Shown here: positions 38,424 to 48,211 of the stretch, in pieces | Layout: every line of letters starts with the position of its first letter | Position numbering within the stretch: position 1 is the first letter of the stretch | Source of the DNA: Phycisphaerae bacterium | GTDB lineage: Bacteria; Planctomycetota; Phycisphaerae; SM23-33 | Reading direction: 5' to 3' | Assembly: GCA_049975485.1 (NCBI GenBank) | Contig: JBNGDC010000005.1 | Span: forward strand, 25,928 to 89,927 | DNA length: 64,000 bases | Notes under the pieces: model-generated | What the model saw: only the letters and a program-made list of their open reading frames with translations | What the model was told of the DNA's origin: nothing | Databases searched by the model: none | Program-made: the position numbers and the translations under genes

Positions 38424-39926
38424 ATGACGCCGATGCTTCAAAACCTCCAACAGGTATGGAAAGGCATGGGGCTTATCCAGCGGGTGATCCTGCTGGGTGT
38501 GCTGCTGGCGTGCATCGGTGCGATGGCCCTTCTGGTCGGCTGGGCCAGGCAGCCGGAGATGACGCTGCTCTACAGCGACCTTTCACCGGACGAGGCCGCC
38601 GAGATAGTCGAGAACATCTCCGACGAGGGCGTCGAGCATGAGCTGAGAAGCGGCGGTACCAGCATCTACGTACCAAAAGAGCACGTTTACGACCTTCGGC
38701 TGAAGATGGCCTCGGCGGGATTGCCGCAGGGCTCTCACGCCGGCTATCAGATCCTGGACGAGGAGAAGATCGGCGCCAGCCCCTTCTCGCAGAGGGTGAA
38801 CTACACGCGGGCGATCGAGGGCGAGCTGGCCAAGACCATAGAGCTTATCGACGGAGTGTCATCGGCGCGAGTGCACGTGGTCCAGCCGGAAGCGCCGGTG
38901 TTCGCCGGTGAAAAGCGACAGCCCTCGGCGACGGTGGCGGTGAGACTGCACCCCGGGCGGCGTCTGAGCAGTGGGAACGTGGCCGCCATCGTGCACCTGG
39001 TCGCCGGCAGCGTCGAAGGACTGACTCCTTCCAAGGTGGTGGTGGTGGATGCGGGAGGGAATCTGCTCACCTCGGAGAATGAAAGCGAACTGGCCCGCAG
39101 CGCCGACACGCTGCTGGACTACCGCACCCAGGTGGAGCAGTACCTATCCAACAAGGCCGAGGAGATGCTAACGGCCGTGCTCGGTCCCAATCGCGCATCC
39201 GTCAGGGTAAGCGCCACCATCAACACGCGCAGCTTGAGCGAGACCGTCGAAACTTACGATCCCGACGGAAAGGTCATCACCAAAGAGACCATAGAGAGCA
39301 CCCAGAGCAGCTCCCCCGACGGTGGCGGTGGCGGAAACGCCGGAAACAGCAAGGAAGAGAACATCATTACCGAGTTCAGGGTCGGAAGGACTCTTCGTCA
39401 GCAGCAGGAGCTGCCCGGCGATATAGAGTCCCTGTCGGTGGCGGCGTTCGTTGACCTCTCGGGTCCTCAAGCCGAGGGCGCGGGCGAGGAAGGCGCCGCC
39501 GCGGCATCGGCCGCTCCGTCCATGACGGTCGAAGACGCCGAGGAAATCATCCGCAACGCGCTGGGCCTGGAGGCCGACGCTCCCGTGAAGGTAGTCAACA
39601 TGCCCTTCCACTCGCACCAGCAGGCGGAGATGGCGCCACCGGAGCCGGACGGGGGCATCTTGCCGCTTATTCTGGAGATTGCCAGGCGCTCCTCGCTGGG
39701 CATCCTGGTCATAGGGGCGCTGGTGGCGTTGAGGATGTTCACCGGAAAGAGCAAGGCCCGGACGGCAGCGCTGGAGGCGGCCAACAGCGAACAGAATTAT
39801 CTACCCTCGGATGGTGAAGACGACTCCGAGCAGCTCCGAAGGCGCATAACACGAGCGCTGCAGGACAACCCTGAAGAAGTCAAGCGACTGTTCCTCAGTT
39901 GGGTCAAGACCGAGGAAGGAGGTTAA
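38424..39926 (+). CDS. fliF: MS-ring protein
   Basis: 500 aa. N-terminal TM, then LLYSDLSPDEAAEIVENISDEGVEHEL..GGTSIYVP, and a second TM near the C-terminus. Confidence 0.9.
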   Translation: MTPMLQNLQQVWKGMGLIQRVILLGVLLACIGAMALLVGWARQPEMTLLYSDLSPDEAAEIVENISDEGVEHELRSGGTSIYVPKEHVYDLRLKMASAGLPQGSHAGYQILDEEKIGASPFSQRVNYTRAIEGELAKTIELIDGVSSARVHVVQPEAPVFAGEKRQPSATVAVRLHPGRRLSSGNVAAIVHLVAGSVEGLTPSKVVVVDAGGNLLTSENESELARSADTLLDYRTQVEQYLSNKAEEMLTAVLGPNRASVRVSATINTRSLSETVETYDPDGKVITKETIESTQSSSPDGGGGGNAGNSKEENIITEFRVGRTLRQQQELPGDIESLSVAAFVDLSGPQAEGAGEEGAAAASAAPSMTVEDAEEIIRNALGLEADAPVKVVNMPFHSHQQAEMAPPEPDGGILPLILEIARRSSLGILVIGALVALRMFTGKSKARTAALEAANSEQNYLPSDGEDDSEQLRRRITRALQDNPEEVKRLFLSWVKTEEGG

Positions 39927-39929
39927 GCG

Positions 39930-40946
39930 GTGCCCAGCAGCGGAGCACGCAAGGCGGCGCAGCTACTGGTGGACCTGGACCCGGGCACGGCCGGTGAGCT
40001 GTTGAAGTCCGCCGACGAGCAGACCATGAAGGAAATCGTCGCCGAGCTGGCGTGGATCAGCAGCAGCGGTCGCCCCGGCGGCGGCGACGGCGAACGCCCG
40101 GTGCGGGAGTTCTCCGAACTGGTCGCCCAGAAAGACCGGAATCTGTCCGGGCAGCTCTTTCTGGACGCGTTGCTGGACTCCGCCGTCGGTAAGGACCGCG
40201 CCGAAGAGGTCCGCCGTGAAGCAAGTGAGCTGGTCCGGGCGAGGGAGCCGTTCTCCCCGATCCGTTCGGCCGACGTGGAGCACATCGCTTCCGCCCTGGC
40301 GGGCGAGCCGCCCATGGTCGCGGCTATGGTGCTTTCGGAGCTTCCTCCGGGCAAGGCCGCGAAGTTGCTGCCCCTGCTTGACGAGGAAGTCCGCCCCAAG
40401 GCGGTAATGGAAATGACCAGCGGGCGAAGCGCCAATCCCGACATCCGCCTCCGCATCGCCAGGCAGGTGTGCAGCCGCCTGGAGGCGTTGAAGTGGCAGG
40501 AGTCCGGCGGCGCGCAGCAGAAGGAATCCGACGCCCAGCGGAAGCGACGTCTTCGCAGCGTAGCCGTGATACTTCAGGGACTGAGCAGCGAGCTGTGCGA
40601 GGCGCTGCTGGAGGGACTGAACCAGACCGACCCGGAGACATGCAAGCTGGTGCGGAACCTCATGCTCATCTGGGAGGACATACCGCGCGTGGCCGACAGG
40701 TCGCTGCAGGAAGCGCTGCGTACGCAGGAACCGCAGACCCTGGCGATGGCGCTGTACGAGGCCCAGCCGAGGATTGCCAAGAAAATCCGCTCAAACATTT
40801 CCGAGCGTGTCGCGGCGCTGGTGGACGAGGAGCTTTCGCTGCTGTCGTCCCCGAAGCCCGAGAAGATTCTGGAAGCCCGCGAGACCATTCTGGAGGTCCT
40901 GCGGGACATGAACGCCAAGGGCGAATTGACGCTGGAAGAGGCATAA
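39930..40946 (+). CDS. fliG: Rotor switch protein FliG
   Basis: 338 aa, GTG start. ARKAAQLLVDLDPGTAGELL, and the C-terminal torque-helix region NISERVAALVDEE. Confidence 0.9.
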   Translation: MPSSGARKAAQLLVDLDPGTAGELLKSADEQTMKEIVAELAWISSSGRPGGGDGERPVREFSELVAQKDRNLSGQLFLDALLDSAVGKDRAEEVRREASELVRAREPFSPIRSADVEHIASALAGEPPMVAAMVLSELPPGKAAKLLPLLDEEVRPKAVMEMTSGRSANPDIRLRIARQVCSRLEALKWQESGGAQQKESDAQRKRRLRSVAVILQGLSSELCEALLEGLNQTDPETCKLVRNLMLIWEDIPRVADRSLQEALRTQEPQTLAMALYEAQPRIAKKIRSNISERVAALVDEELSLLSSPKPEKILEARETILEVLRDMNAKGELTLEEA

Positions 40947-40949
40947 GCG

Positions 40950-41519
40950 GTGAGCCAGGTCGTGGAAATCAAGCTGCCCGCACCGCCGGCCGACGTGGGT
41001 ATCGCAGGCGCCGGCGGCGACGAATCACCTTCGCAGGCGGCCAACGAGCGGGCACTGGAGCAGCTCCGCGAGCAGATGAACCGCGAGCTTCAGAAGGAAC
41101 GGGCGGCTGTGGCTTCGTCGCAGAAGGCGCTGCGGGAAGCCGCCCGGCAATTGAACGAGATTCAGCAGCAGGTGGTCGCCGACGCAGAGCAGCAGCTTGT
41201 CGAGCTGGCCGTGGAGATAGCGGGTAAAATCCTGGCCCAGGAAATCAAGTCCCAGGGCTATGAGATCGACCCCATAGTCAAGGAAGCACTTTCCCAGGCG
41301 CCCACCCGCAAAAGCGTGGTGGTGCGTCTGAATCCCGAGGACCTGCCCCGCTGCGAACTGGCCGGCGGACAGGACGATTCCGACGCCGACATCCGCTTCG
41401 TGGCCGATGCTGGTGTTCCACCGGCTGGGTGCGTGGTGGAAACGGAAGAGGGAGTCGTGGAGTCCGACCCTCAGCAGCGGCTCAAGGACGTTGGCGAGAA
41501 CCTTAAGGAACCGGAATAA
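40950..41519 (+). CDS. fliH: Export ATPase regulator FliH
   Basis: 189 aa, GTG start. Coiled-coil, then LVELAVEIAGKILAQEI. Its position between fliG and fliI supports the call. Confidence 0.75.
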   Translation: MSQVVEIKLPAPPADVGIAGAGGDESPSQAANERALEQLREQMNRELQKERAAVASSQKALREAARQLNEIQQQVVADAEQQLVELAVEIAGKILAQEIKSQGYEIDPIVKEALSQAPTRKSVVVRLNPEDLPRCELAGGQDDSDADIRFVADAGVPPAGCVVETEEGVVESDPQQRLKDVGENLKEPE

Positions 41520-41521
41520 CC

Positions 41522-42913
41522 GTGGTCGTGGACCTGAGCAAATACCGCAGCAAGCTCCGGACGGTTGGTGCCGCGGCCTGTCGCGGGTCGGTGGTGCGCG
41601 TGGCCGGTCTGACCGTGGAATCCAAGGGTCCGCCCGTGGGTATCGGTCAACTGTGCGACATCCGGCTTTCCGACGGCAGGAGGATACCGGCCGAGGTAGT
41701 GGGCTTTCAGGACACGCACCGGATACTCGTGCCGCTGGAAGGCGTGGAGGGCATAGCCCCCAACGACCCGGTGCTGGTGCGCAGCTCGCCGCGGACGATA
41801 CGCCTGGACGATTCCATCCTGGGCCGTGTCATCGACGGTCTGGGCAGGCCCATCGACGGCAAAGGCCCGCTGTCCGGCGCCGAATACCGCTCCATCGAGA
41901 ACACCTCCCCGCCGCCGCTGGCGCGGAAGCGCATCACGGAACCGCTGGCGACCGGGATACGCGCCATCGACGGTATCATCACCTGCGGGCGCGGGCAGCG
42001 GATGGGCATATTCTCCGGCAGCGGCGTCGGAAAGAGCACGCTTCTCGGCGAGCTTGCCCGCACCAGCGACGCGGACGTAAACGTGCTGGCGCTGGTCGGC
42101 GAGCGAGGCCGGGAGGTCAGGCAGTTCCTGGAAGAGTCGCTTGGTCCGGACGGTCTGAGCCGAAGCGTGGTGGCCGTCGCCACCTCCGACGCTTCTCCCA
42201 TCCAGCGGGTAAAGGTGGCATTTACGGCCATCACCGTCGCGGAATATTTTCGCGACAAGGGCCTGAACGTGATGTTCATGATGGATTCGATTACGCGCTT
42301 CGCCCAGGCGCAGCGGGAGATCGGCCTGGCCGCCGGCGAGCCGCCCACCACCAAGGGATACTGTCCGAGCGTCTTCAGCTTGCTGCCGAAGCTGACCGAG
42401 CGTCTGGGCTGCGGTCAGACCGGCAGCATCACGGGAATGTTGACCATCCTGGTCGAGGGCGACGATCTGGCCGACCCGGTGGCCGACAGCGTGCGGTCGT
42501 TGCTGGACGGTCACGTGGTGCTCAGCCGCAAGCTTGCCGAGATGGGTCACTATCCGGCCATCGACATACTCCAGAGCGTCAGCCGGTTGATGAGCACGGT
42601 TGTGGACGAGGAGCACCGCCTTGCGGCCCAGCGGTTCCGCGCCATCTACGCCACGTACCTCGGGGCCGAGGACCTCATCAACATCGGAGCGCTGTCGCCG
42701 GGCAGCAATCAGCGGATAGACAAGGCGGTCTCGCTGATAGACCGGGTGAACGAGTTTCTGGTTCAGGACGTGGGCGAGCGGTCGGACTTTGTCGAGACGG
42801 TACGTCGCCTCAAGGACATAACGGCCTCGTGGGAATTCCTGTTGCCGACCGACGGTCAGGCCGCCAAGGCCGGCGCCGCGCAGGGCTCCCCGGCCGGTGA
42901 GGTGCGCCGATGA
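41522..42913 (+). CDS. fliI: Flagellum-specific ATPase
   Basis: 463 aa. Walker A GSGVGKSTLLGELAR, Walker B VMFMMDSITRFA. Confidence 0.95.
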   Translation: MVVDLSKYRSKLRTVGAAACRGSVVRVAGLTVESKGPPVGIGQLCDIRLSDGRRIPAEVVGFQDTHRILVPLEGVEGIAPNDPVLVRSSPRTIRLDDSILGRVIDGLGRPIDGKGPLSGAEYRSIENTSPPPLARKRITEPLATGIRAIDGIITCGRGQRMGIFSGSGVGKSTLLGELARTSDADVNVLALVGERGREVRQFLEESLGPDGLSRSVVAVATSDASPIQRVKVAFTAITVAEYFRDKGLNVMFMMDSITRFAQAQREIGLAAGEPPTTKGYCPSVFSLLPKLTERLGCGQTGSITGMLTILVEGDDLADPVADSVRSLLDGHVVLSRKLAEMGHYPAIDILQSVSRLMSTVVDEEHRLAAQRFRAIYATYLGAEDLINIGALSPGSNQRIDKAVSLIDRVNEFLVQDVGERSDFVETVRRLKDITASWEFLLPTDGQAAKAGAAQGSPAGEVRR

Positions 42914-43389
42914 AGCGTTTTCACTGGCGACTTCAGCGCGTGCTGGACGTAACGGTTCAGCGCGAAAAGGCGCTGCGGGCGGAGTTGTTCGCCCTCAGTC
43001 GGCGGATCGTGCGGCTTCGTCAGGAGATTATCCGCCGTCGGGCCGATTTGCGGAGTGTCCTGGCCGACCTGGGAGGCCGTCCACCGGCGGAGCGCATGGC
43101 GCGCCAGGAGGTGTTCATGCGATGTGCCGAGGCGGTCGAGCGCGAAATTGCCCGCCTCGACCGGGACGCTCGCGAACTGGAGTCACGCCGTTCGGAACGG
43201 ACCCAGACCTTCCTGCGGCTTCGGTCCAGCCGTCAGACGCTGGAGCGGATGCGCGAGGAGGCCTATCGCCAACATATGCGCGAGCAACTGAAAATGGAAC
43301 AGAAGCAGTTCGACGAGAGCGCACAGATTTCCTTCGCCCGAATGGCCTCTGCCGGCGCTGAGCCGGCGGCCGAAGGGAGCGGACAATAA
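42910..43389 (+). CDS. fliJ: Export chaperone/stalk protein FliJ
   Basis: 159 aa coiled-coil, MKRFHWRLQRVLDVTVQREKALRAEL. Its position after fliI supports the call. Confidence 0.75.
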   Translation: MKRFHWRLQRVLDVTVQREKALRAELFALSRRIVRLRQEIIRRRADLRSVLADLGGRPPAERMARQEVFMRCAEAVEREIARLDRDARELESRRSERTQTFLRLRSSRQTLERMREEAYRQHMREQLKMEQKQFDESAQISFARMASAGAEPAAEGSGQ

Positions 43390-44048
43390 TGAGCAAGAAG
43401 CTGCGGATAATGGTAATGGTCACCTTGGCTCTGGCGGCGTTCGGGGCATCGCTGATGTTCTCGTGGTCTCGCGGTTCCTCCGAACCTGCGGAGTCCGGCG
43501 AAGGCGAACCGGCCGGGCAGACCCGGGAGCCCTCGGGCGACCTCCTTGCGCAGTATGCCGAGAAGGCGTCCATGCAGCTGCAGCCCAGCGAGGCAGAATT
43601 GCACCAGCTCGTTCAGGACCTTCGCGAGAAGAGGCGGGAACTGGACCGTCGCCGACGCGAGTTGGACCAGCGCCAGCGCCAGATCGAACTGGCTGAGAAC
43701 CTCCTCAGCAAGCAGGCCGAAGAGCTGGAGAACCTGCGACTGGAACTGAATGCGCCTCTGGCGACGCTCAAGGAGGCCACCAGACAGCTCCAGGCGACAC
43801 GGGAGATCATCACCCGCAGCGAGCAGGCGAACCTTCAGGGCATTGCCGCCAAATACGAGCGTATGGACGAGAACGCCGGCAGCGAGATTCTGGTGAGCAT
43901 GTGCCGGAACGGTCAGGAATCCGACGTCGTGAAAATCCTATATTACCTTTCCGACCGCATGTCCGCGAAGATGCTCGGCGCAATCGAGGACCGGGAGCTG
44001 GCGGCGCGTCTGCTCGAACGGATGAAGCGAGTCGAGGAAGAGGGATAG
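43389..44048 (+). CDS. MotE/YlxF-like (MgtE_N-type) flagellar motility protein
   Basis: 219 aa. N-terminal TM, a coiled coil, then IAAKYERMDENAGSEILVSM...VVKILYYLSDRMSAKMLGAI. It occupies the same position as ylxF after fliJ in B. subtilis. Confidence 0.6.
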   Translation: MSKKLRIMVMVTLALAAFGASLMFSWSRGSSEPAESGEGEPAGQTREPSGDLLAQYAEKASMQLQPSEAELHQLVQDLREKRRELDRRRRELDQRQRQIELAENLLSKQAEELENLRLELNAPLATLKEATRQLQATREIITRSEQANLQGIAAKYERMDENAGSEILVSMCRNGQESDVVKILYYLSDRMSAKMLGAIEDRELAARLLERMKRVEEEG

Positions 44049-44052
44049 AGCC

Positions 44053-44823
44053 GTGGATATCGCCACTATTATCGGAGTACTGGCGGGCTTCGCATGCGTG
44101 GGCGTGGCCGTCTTTGCCGGCGGTGGCGCGGGTATATTCTTCAATATCCCCTCGATACTCATCGTCGGCGGGGGGATGATGTCGGCTACGCTGATCCACT
44201 TCTCACTGGGGCAGGTTCTGCGTATCGGCTCGGTGGTCAAGAAGACGCTCTTCTACAAGCTGCCGACTGAGGATGAGCTCATTCAGCAGATGGTGAATTT
44301 CTCGGCGATCAACCGCCGCGACGGCGCGCTGGCGCTGGAACAGCAGCTTCCCTCGGCGTCGGACGAGTTCCTGGTCAAGGGCCTCCGTATGGTCATCGAC
44401 GGCCAGGAGGAGCAGCAGATAGAGGAACAGCTCTCCATGGAGATTCAGTATCTCCAGGAGCGACACAGCGGTGGTAAGCGCGTGATGGAGTTCATGGGTT
44501 CCAGCGCCCCGGCGTTCGGGATGATTGGAACGCTTATCGGACTCATCCAGATGCTCAAGGATCTGGATGACCCGTCCAAGATCGGCGTGGGAATGGCGAC
44601 CGCGCTTATAACGACCTTCTACGGTGCCCTTTTGGCGAACCTGCTGTTCCTTCCGCTGGCCGGCAAACTGGGTATCCGGTCAAAGCGCGAGTCGCAGCTC
44701 CGCGAAATGATGCTGGAAGGCGTGCTTGGGCTGGTTCGTGGCGAAAGCCCCACGGCTATTCGTGAGCGTATGCACGCATTCGTGTCCGCCAAGAACCGCG
44801 AAGAGCTGAAACCGAGCGTATGA
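44053..44823 (+). CDS. motA: Stator protein MotA/PomA
   Basis: 256 aa. Four TM segments, GSSAPAFGMIGTLIGLIQML, TALITTFYGALLANLLFLPLAGKL. Confidence 0.9.
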   Translation: MDIATIIGVLAGFACVGVAVFAGGGAGIFFNIPSILIVGGGMMSATLIHFSLGQVLRIGSVVKKTLFYKLPTEDELIQQMVNFSAINRRDGALALEQQLPSASDEFLVKGLRMVIDGQEEQQIEEQLSMEIQYLQERHSGGKRVMEFMGSSAPAFGMIGTLIGLIQMLKDLDDPSKIGVGMATALITTFYGALLANLLFLPLAGKLGIRSKRESQLREMMLEGVLGLVRGESPTAIRERMHAFVSAKNREELKPSV

Positions 44824-44824
44824 G

Positions 44825-45490
44825 ATGATTCCCCGTCGCAGGAAAAAGACCAACGACGACTCAGCCCCCGGCTGCGGGTGGATGGTTACGTTCAGCGACT
44901 GCATGACGCTGCTGTTGTGCTTTTTTGTCATGCTGCTGACGTTCTCGGCATTCGACGAGAACCGTCTGGCCCAGTTCATGGGCGGGCTGAAGCTGATGGA
45001 CTACAACTCGCTGTTCCCGCCGGACGATACGCTGGTCAGTTCCATGGTTCCACCGCCGCCGCAGGAGGTGGACCGGACCCCCGAGGGAAGCGAAACACCG
45101 ACGGATGAGTTCCTGGAGGTGCTGGAGAATCCCCAGAAGTCGAGGGATCTGACCGACCCCGGGGCTTTCAGCGACCATAAGGTGTTTTACCTGCCGTCGA
45201 GCGAGATCTTCTGGGCGCAGGGCAGCGGCCTTACGCCCGGCGGGCGAGGCAAGCTGTCGCTGATAGCGGAGATGATGAAGCTCGTCCCCTCGCGCGTGGT
45301 GGTCCGCGAGATTGGTTCCGACGGGCGGACTCGCAGCGACGAGGCCGGTCTTGAAAGATGCAACGCTGTTGTTGATTTCTTCGCACGGCAGAGAGTCAGG
45401 CGGGACCTTCTGTTCGTCTCGGCCGACAGCTCGCCGGCGAAGCAGTCTGGCTGTATCGAAATATCGCTGTTGAAGCACGAGGAACGCTGA
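44825..45490 (+). CDS. motB: MotB paralog 1 (plug/TM with conserved Asp; degenerate OmpA-like domain)
   Basis: 221 aa. GCGWMVTFSDCMTLLLCFFVMLL. The C-terminal OmpA-like fold is present, but the LSxxRA peptidoglycan motif is poor (GLERCNAV). Confidence 0.8.
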   Translation: MIPRRRKKTNDDSAPGCGWMVTFSDCMTLLLCFFVMLLTFSAFDENRLAQFMGGLKLMDYNSLFPPDDTLVSSMVPPPPQEVDRTPEGSETPTDEFLEVLENPQKSRDLTDPGAFSDHKVFYLPSSEIFWAQGSGLTPGGRGKLSLIAEMMKLVPSRVVVREIGSDGRTRSDEAGLERCNAVVDFFARQRVRRDLLFVSADSSPAKQSGCIEISLLKHEER

Positions 45491-46245
45491 TGGCCGGCAG
45501 AGAGAGACAAAGCCGTCCGGACGACGATAATTCCAACGATACCCCCAGTTGGATTGTGTCATGGACGGATATGGTCACCCTGCTGCTGTCGTTCTTTGTG
45601 ATGCTACAGAGCATGGCCGTGGAAAAAAGCGACATGCTGTTCCAGATTGGCTGCGGGTCCTTCCTGCGGGCAGTGTCCGGATTCGGCATACCTGACTGGG
45701 TGTACGGCCACGAACCGCCGATGCCGAGCCGGCAATACAAGCGTGTCAGACACCCCATGGAGAGGCGCGAGGAGGCGCGCAGGGACAGGGTCATCGACGC
45801 CGAGGCCGAGCGGATCCGCGAGCTGTTTGTCCAGCTCCGCAACCAGGTCAAGACGGAGGCAAACGACCTGTCGGAAAGACCTTTGCGCTACGACGCCCTG
45901 GACGTGCGTTTTGCGGCCGGCGAGAGCGAAGCGGACGAAGCCCAACGCGAGTCGTTGCTCGATTACGCCGATACCCTCAAAAGGAATCTTGCGGGACGTC
46001 GAATTAACATATACGTGGTGGGTTTGGCGCCTGAGGTGACCGCATCCGGTGAGCGGGCGGTGGTTTCGGCGCGTCGCGCGCTGTCTGCCGCGAACGTACT
46101 GGGTCAGGCGCTGGCGGCCGAAACGGCCGGCGGACTCTGGGAGCTGCACTCCTGGGGAGCCGTGGACGGCTCCGGGTTGTGCCGCCGGGCCGGCGTCTCC
46201 GCGGGTGGGACGCAGCTCGTGGTGATGATTACGGAAGCGAAGTAG
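45490..46245 (+). CDS. motB: MotB paralog 2 (conserved Asp; better OmpA-like motif)
   Basis: 251 aa. TPSWIVSWTDMVTLLLSFFVMLQ. The C-terminus VRFAAGESE...INIYVVG...VSARRALSAANVL. Start overlaps the stop of paralog 1 (TGATG). Confidence 0.75.
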   Translation: MAGRERQSRPDDDNSNDTPSWIVSWTDMVTLLLSFFVMLQSMAVEKSDMLFQIGCGSFLRAVSGFGIPDWVYGHEPPMPSRQYKRVRHPMERREEARRDRVIDAEAERIRELFVQLRNQVKTEANDLSERPLRYDALDVRFAAGESEADEAQRESLLDYADTLKRNLAGRRINIYVVGLAPEVTASGERAVVSARRALSAANVLGQALAAETAGGLWELHSWGAVDGSGLCRRAGVSAGGTQLVVMITEAK

Positions 46246-46247
46246 CA

Positions 46248-46784
46248 ATGGCCGAAGATATTGAAAACCAGGACTCCGCGCCGTTGCCGCAGGGCGACGG
46301 TGGCGGCAGGAAGATGCCCATATGGCTGGGGCTTTGCGTTCTGATCGTGGCGGTGGCGTCCGCCGCCGGCTACGGTGTGGGGCAATTCATCTCAACTGCT
46401 CCGGCGGCCGAGAACGAACCGGGCGGGAGTATCGAGGAGACCGAACCCGACGACATGGATGAGGATTACGGCTATCGGGACTTTGAGACCATAACCGTCA
46501 ACTTCGACGAGCCCCGTATGGCCCGATACGTCCGCGCGACCGTTACCTTTGCCATCCCCCGCGACTACTACAACGAGGCGGTCGCCACTATAGAGCAACA
46601 CGCGCCTGAGCTGCGCGACTGGTTAACCACGTACCTTGCCGGCTGCACACTCGACGACCTCCGCGGACCGAAGAATCTCAACCGGATCCGTCGCGATATA
46701 GAGGACGCGTTCAATCGTCGCCTCTGGCCGGACAGCAAGCCGCGCATCGCCAATGTGCTGTTCAAGGAATTTTTCGTACAATGA
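46248..46784 (+). CDS. fliL: Flagellar basal-body-associated protein FliL
   Basis: 178 aa from MAEDIENQ. One TM, then FETITVNFDEPRMARYVRATVTFAI...LRGPKNLNRIRRDIEDAFN. Confidence 0.8.
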   Translation: MAEDIENQDSAPLPQGDGGGRKMPIWLGLCVLIVAVASAAGYGVGQFISTAPAAENEPGGSIEETEPDDMDEDYGYRDFETITVNFDEPRMARYVRATVTFAIPRDYYNEAVATIEQHAPELRDWLTTYLAGCTLDDLRGPKNLNRIRRDIEDAFNRRLWPDSKPRIANVLFKEFFVQ

Positions 46785-47725
46785 CAGCCCGCCGGGAAAA
46801 CTCGCATCTGGTCGTGGAGCAACTCCGCCAGGCCGCCGGCAGCGGCAAGGAGCCGATTTACAGCGACATCGAGGCCGCCGATTACGACTGGTTACGCCCC
46901 CACGCCTTTACCTCCCGCGAGATGGTGCGACTGGGCGAGCTGATGCATCGTGCGGCCCGCAACGTATCGCGGCGGCTCAGTGAGCAGCTTCAGTGCGAAA
47001 CCGAGGTCGCTGTCGGCGAGGTGGAACAGCTTTACCGGCATACCTTCCGCAATCAGCGGCCCGAAGGGGCCGAGTACGTGTATCCCTTCAGCCGCGCGGG
47101 AGCCGGACCGTGCGGGCTTCTGCTCGTTACCCGCCCGGATGCCGTCGCGCTGGTGACCAAAATGCTCGGAAGCAGCAGCGAGCAGTCGGCGACGGAGCGG
47201 GAACTGTCTTCCCTGGAGACGGACCTGCTGGGCTATCTGCTGGGCGGCGTCATGGACTCGGTGTCCGACGCGCTGCGGGAATGGGGCGGCGCGACACTGG
47301 AGGCCGAGGGCAAGGTGCTGGAAGACGAAAGGCCCGTCCCGGAGTCAATCACGGAGCTTTGCCGGGTGGACCTGCAGGCCCAGGACGACGGCCACTTCGG
47401 CATTACCCTGCTGCTGGACACCACGGTCGTTGGACAGGTGGTCAGCCCCCAGACGTTCGACCAAACTCCGGCCGAGCAGGTGGCCGCGGATCTGCGCGAG
47501 CACGTCGGCCGGGCGCCTGTGCGGCTGACGGTCCGGCTGGGTACGGTTCAGGTTCCCATGCGGATGGTAGCCGAGCTTTCAGAAGGCGACGTGATGGTGC
47601 TGCCGACGCGGATAGACACGCCTCTGACCGTTCGGGCCGAGGGCAAACCCGTTCTGCAGGGACACCCGGTGGCCTCGCACGGGCATTGCGGACTGAAGAT
47701 CAACGCCCGCCTGGCAGAGACATAG
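46781..47725 (+). CDS. fliM: Switch protein FliM (no recognisable N-terminal LSQxEIDALL CheY-docking peptide)
   Basis: 314 aa. DYDWLRPHAFTSREMVRLGELMHRAARNVSRRLSEQL aligns with the E. coli FliM core. C-terminal SpoA-like domain SEGDVMVLPTRIDTPLTVRAEGKPV. Confidence 0.85.
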   Translation: MTARRENSHLVVEQLRQAAGSGKEPIYSDIEAADYDWLRPHAFTSREMVRLGELMHRAARNVSRRLSEQLQCETEVAVGEVEQLYRHTFRNQRPEGAEYVYPFSRAGAGPCGLLLVTRPDAVALVTKMLGSSSEQSATERELSSLETDLLGYLLGGVMDSVSDALREWGGATLEAEGKVLEDERPVPESITELCRVDLQAQDDGHFGITLLLDTTVVGQVVSPQTFDQTPAEQVAADLREHVGRAPVRLTVRLGTVQVPMRMVAELSEGDVMVLPTRIDTPLTVRAEGKPVLQGHPVASHGHCGLKINARLAET

Positions 47726-47815
47726 TCCGGGCGGGGGCGACAGCGAAACAGAACTGACAGGATGCGGTTCCGTCGGTTAGAAACCGATATCCGGCACGGA
47801 AAGGACTCTTAAGCC

Positions 47816-48211
47816 ATGGCCGACGCAACAGCCACCGAGGAAAAACAGGACGCTCAGACCACCGACGAGCAGCAGGAGCAGGCCGGCAGTGCGGAGGTCT
47901 CCGAAGCGCAACTGCAGGAGGCCGGCGAAGGAAAGACCGACGCCCCGCCAGGACAGATAGACATCCTGCTGGACACCACCATGCCGATAACCGTTAATCT
48001 CGGCGAGGTGGAGATGCAGGTTCGCGAGCTGCTCGAGCTGGGGCCGGGGTCGGTATTGAAGCTCGACCGTCGGGTCGGCGAGCCGGTGGACCTGTACCTG
48101 CGGGGCATCCGCTTTGCCGAGGCCCGTCTGGTGGTGGTCGATGAGAACCTCGCCGTCCGCATCGAGCGGATAATTCCGGCCCATCAGGAAGCCCAGGACG
48201 AGCAGGACTGA
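47816..48211 (+). CDS. fliN: Switch protein FliN
   Basis: 131 aa. IDILLDTTMPITVNLGEVEMQVRELLELGPGSVLKLDRRVGEPVDLYLRG. Confidence 0.9.
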   Translation: MADATATEEKQDAQTTDEQQEQAGSAEVSEAQLQEAGEGKTDAPPGQIDILLDTTMPITVNLGEVEMQVRELLELGPGSVLKLDRRVGEPVDLYLRGIRFAEARLVVVDENLAVRIERIIPAHQEAQDEQD

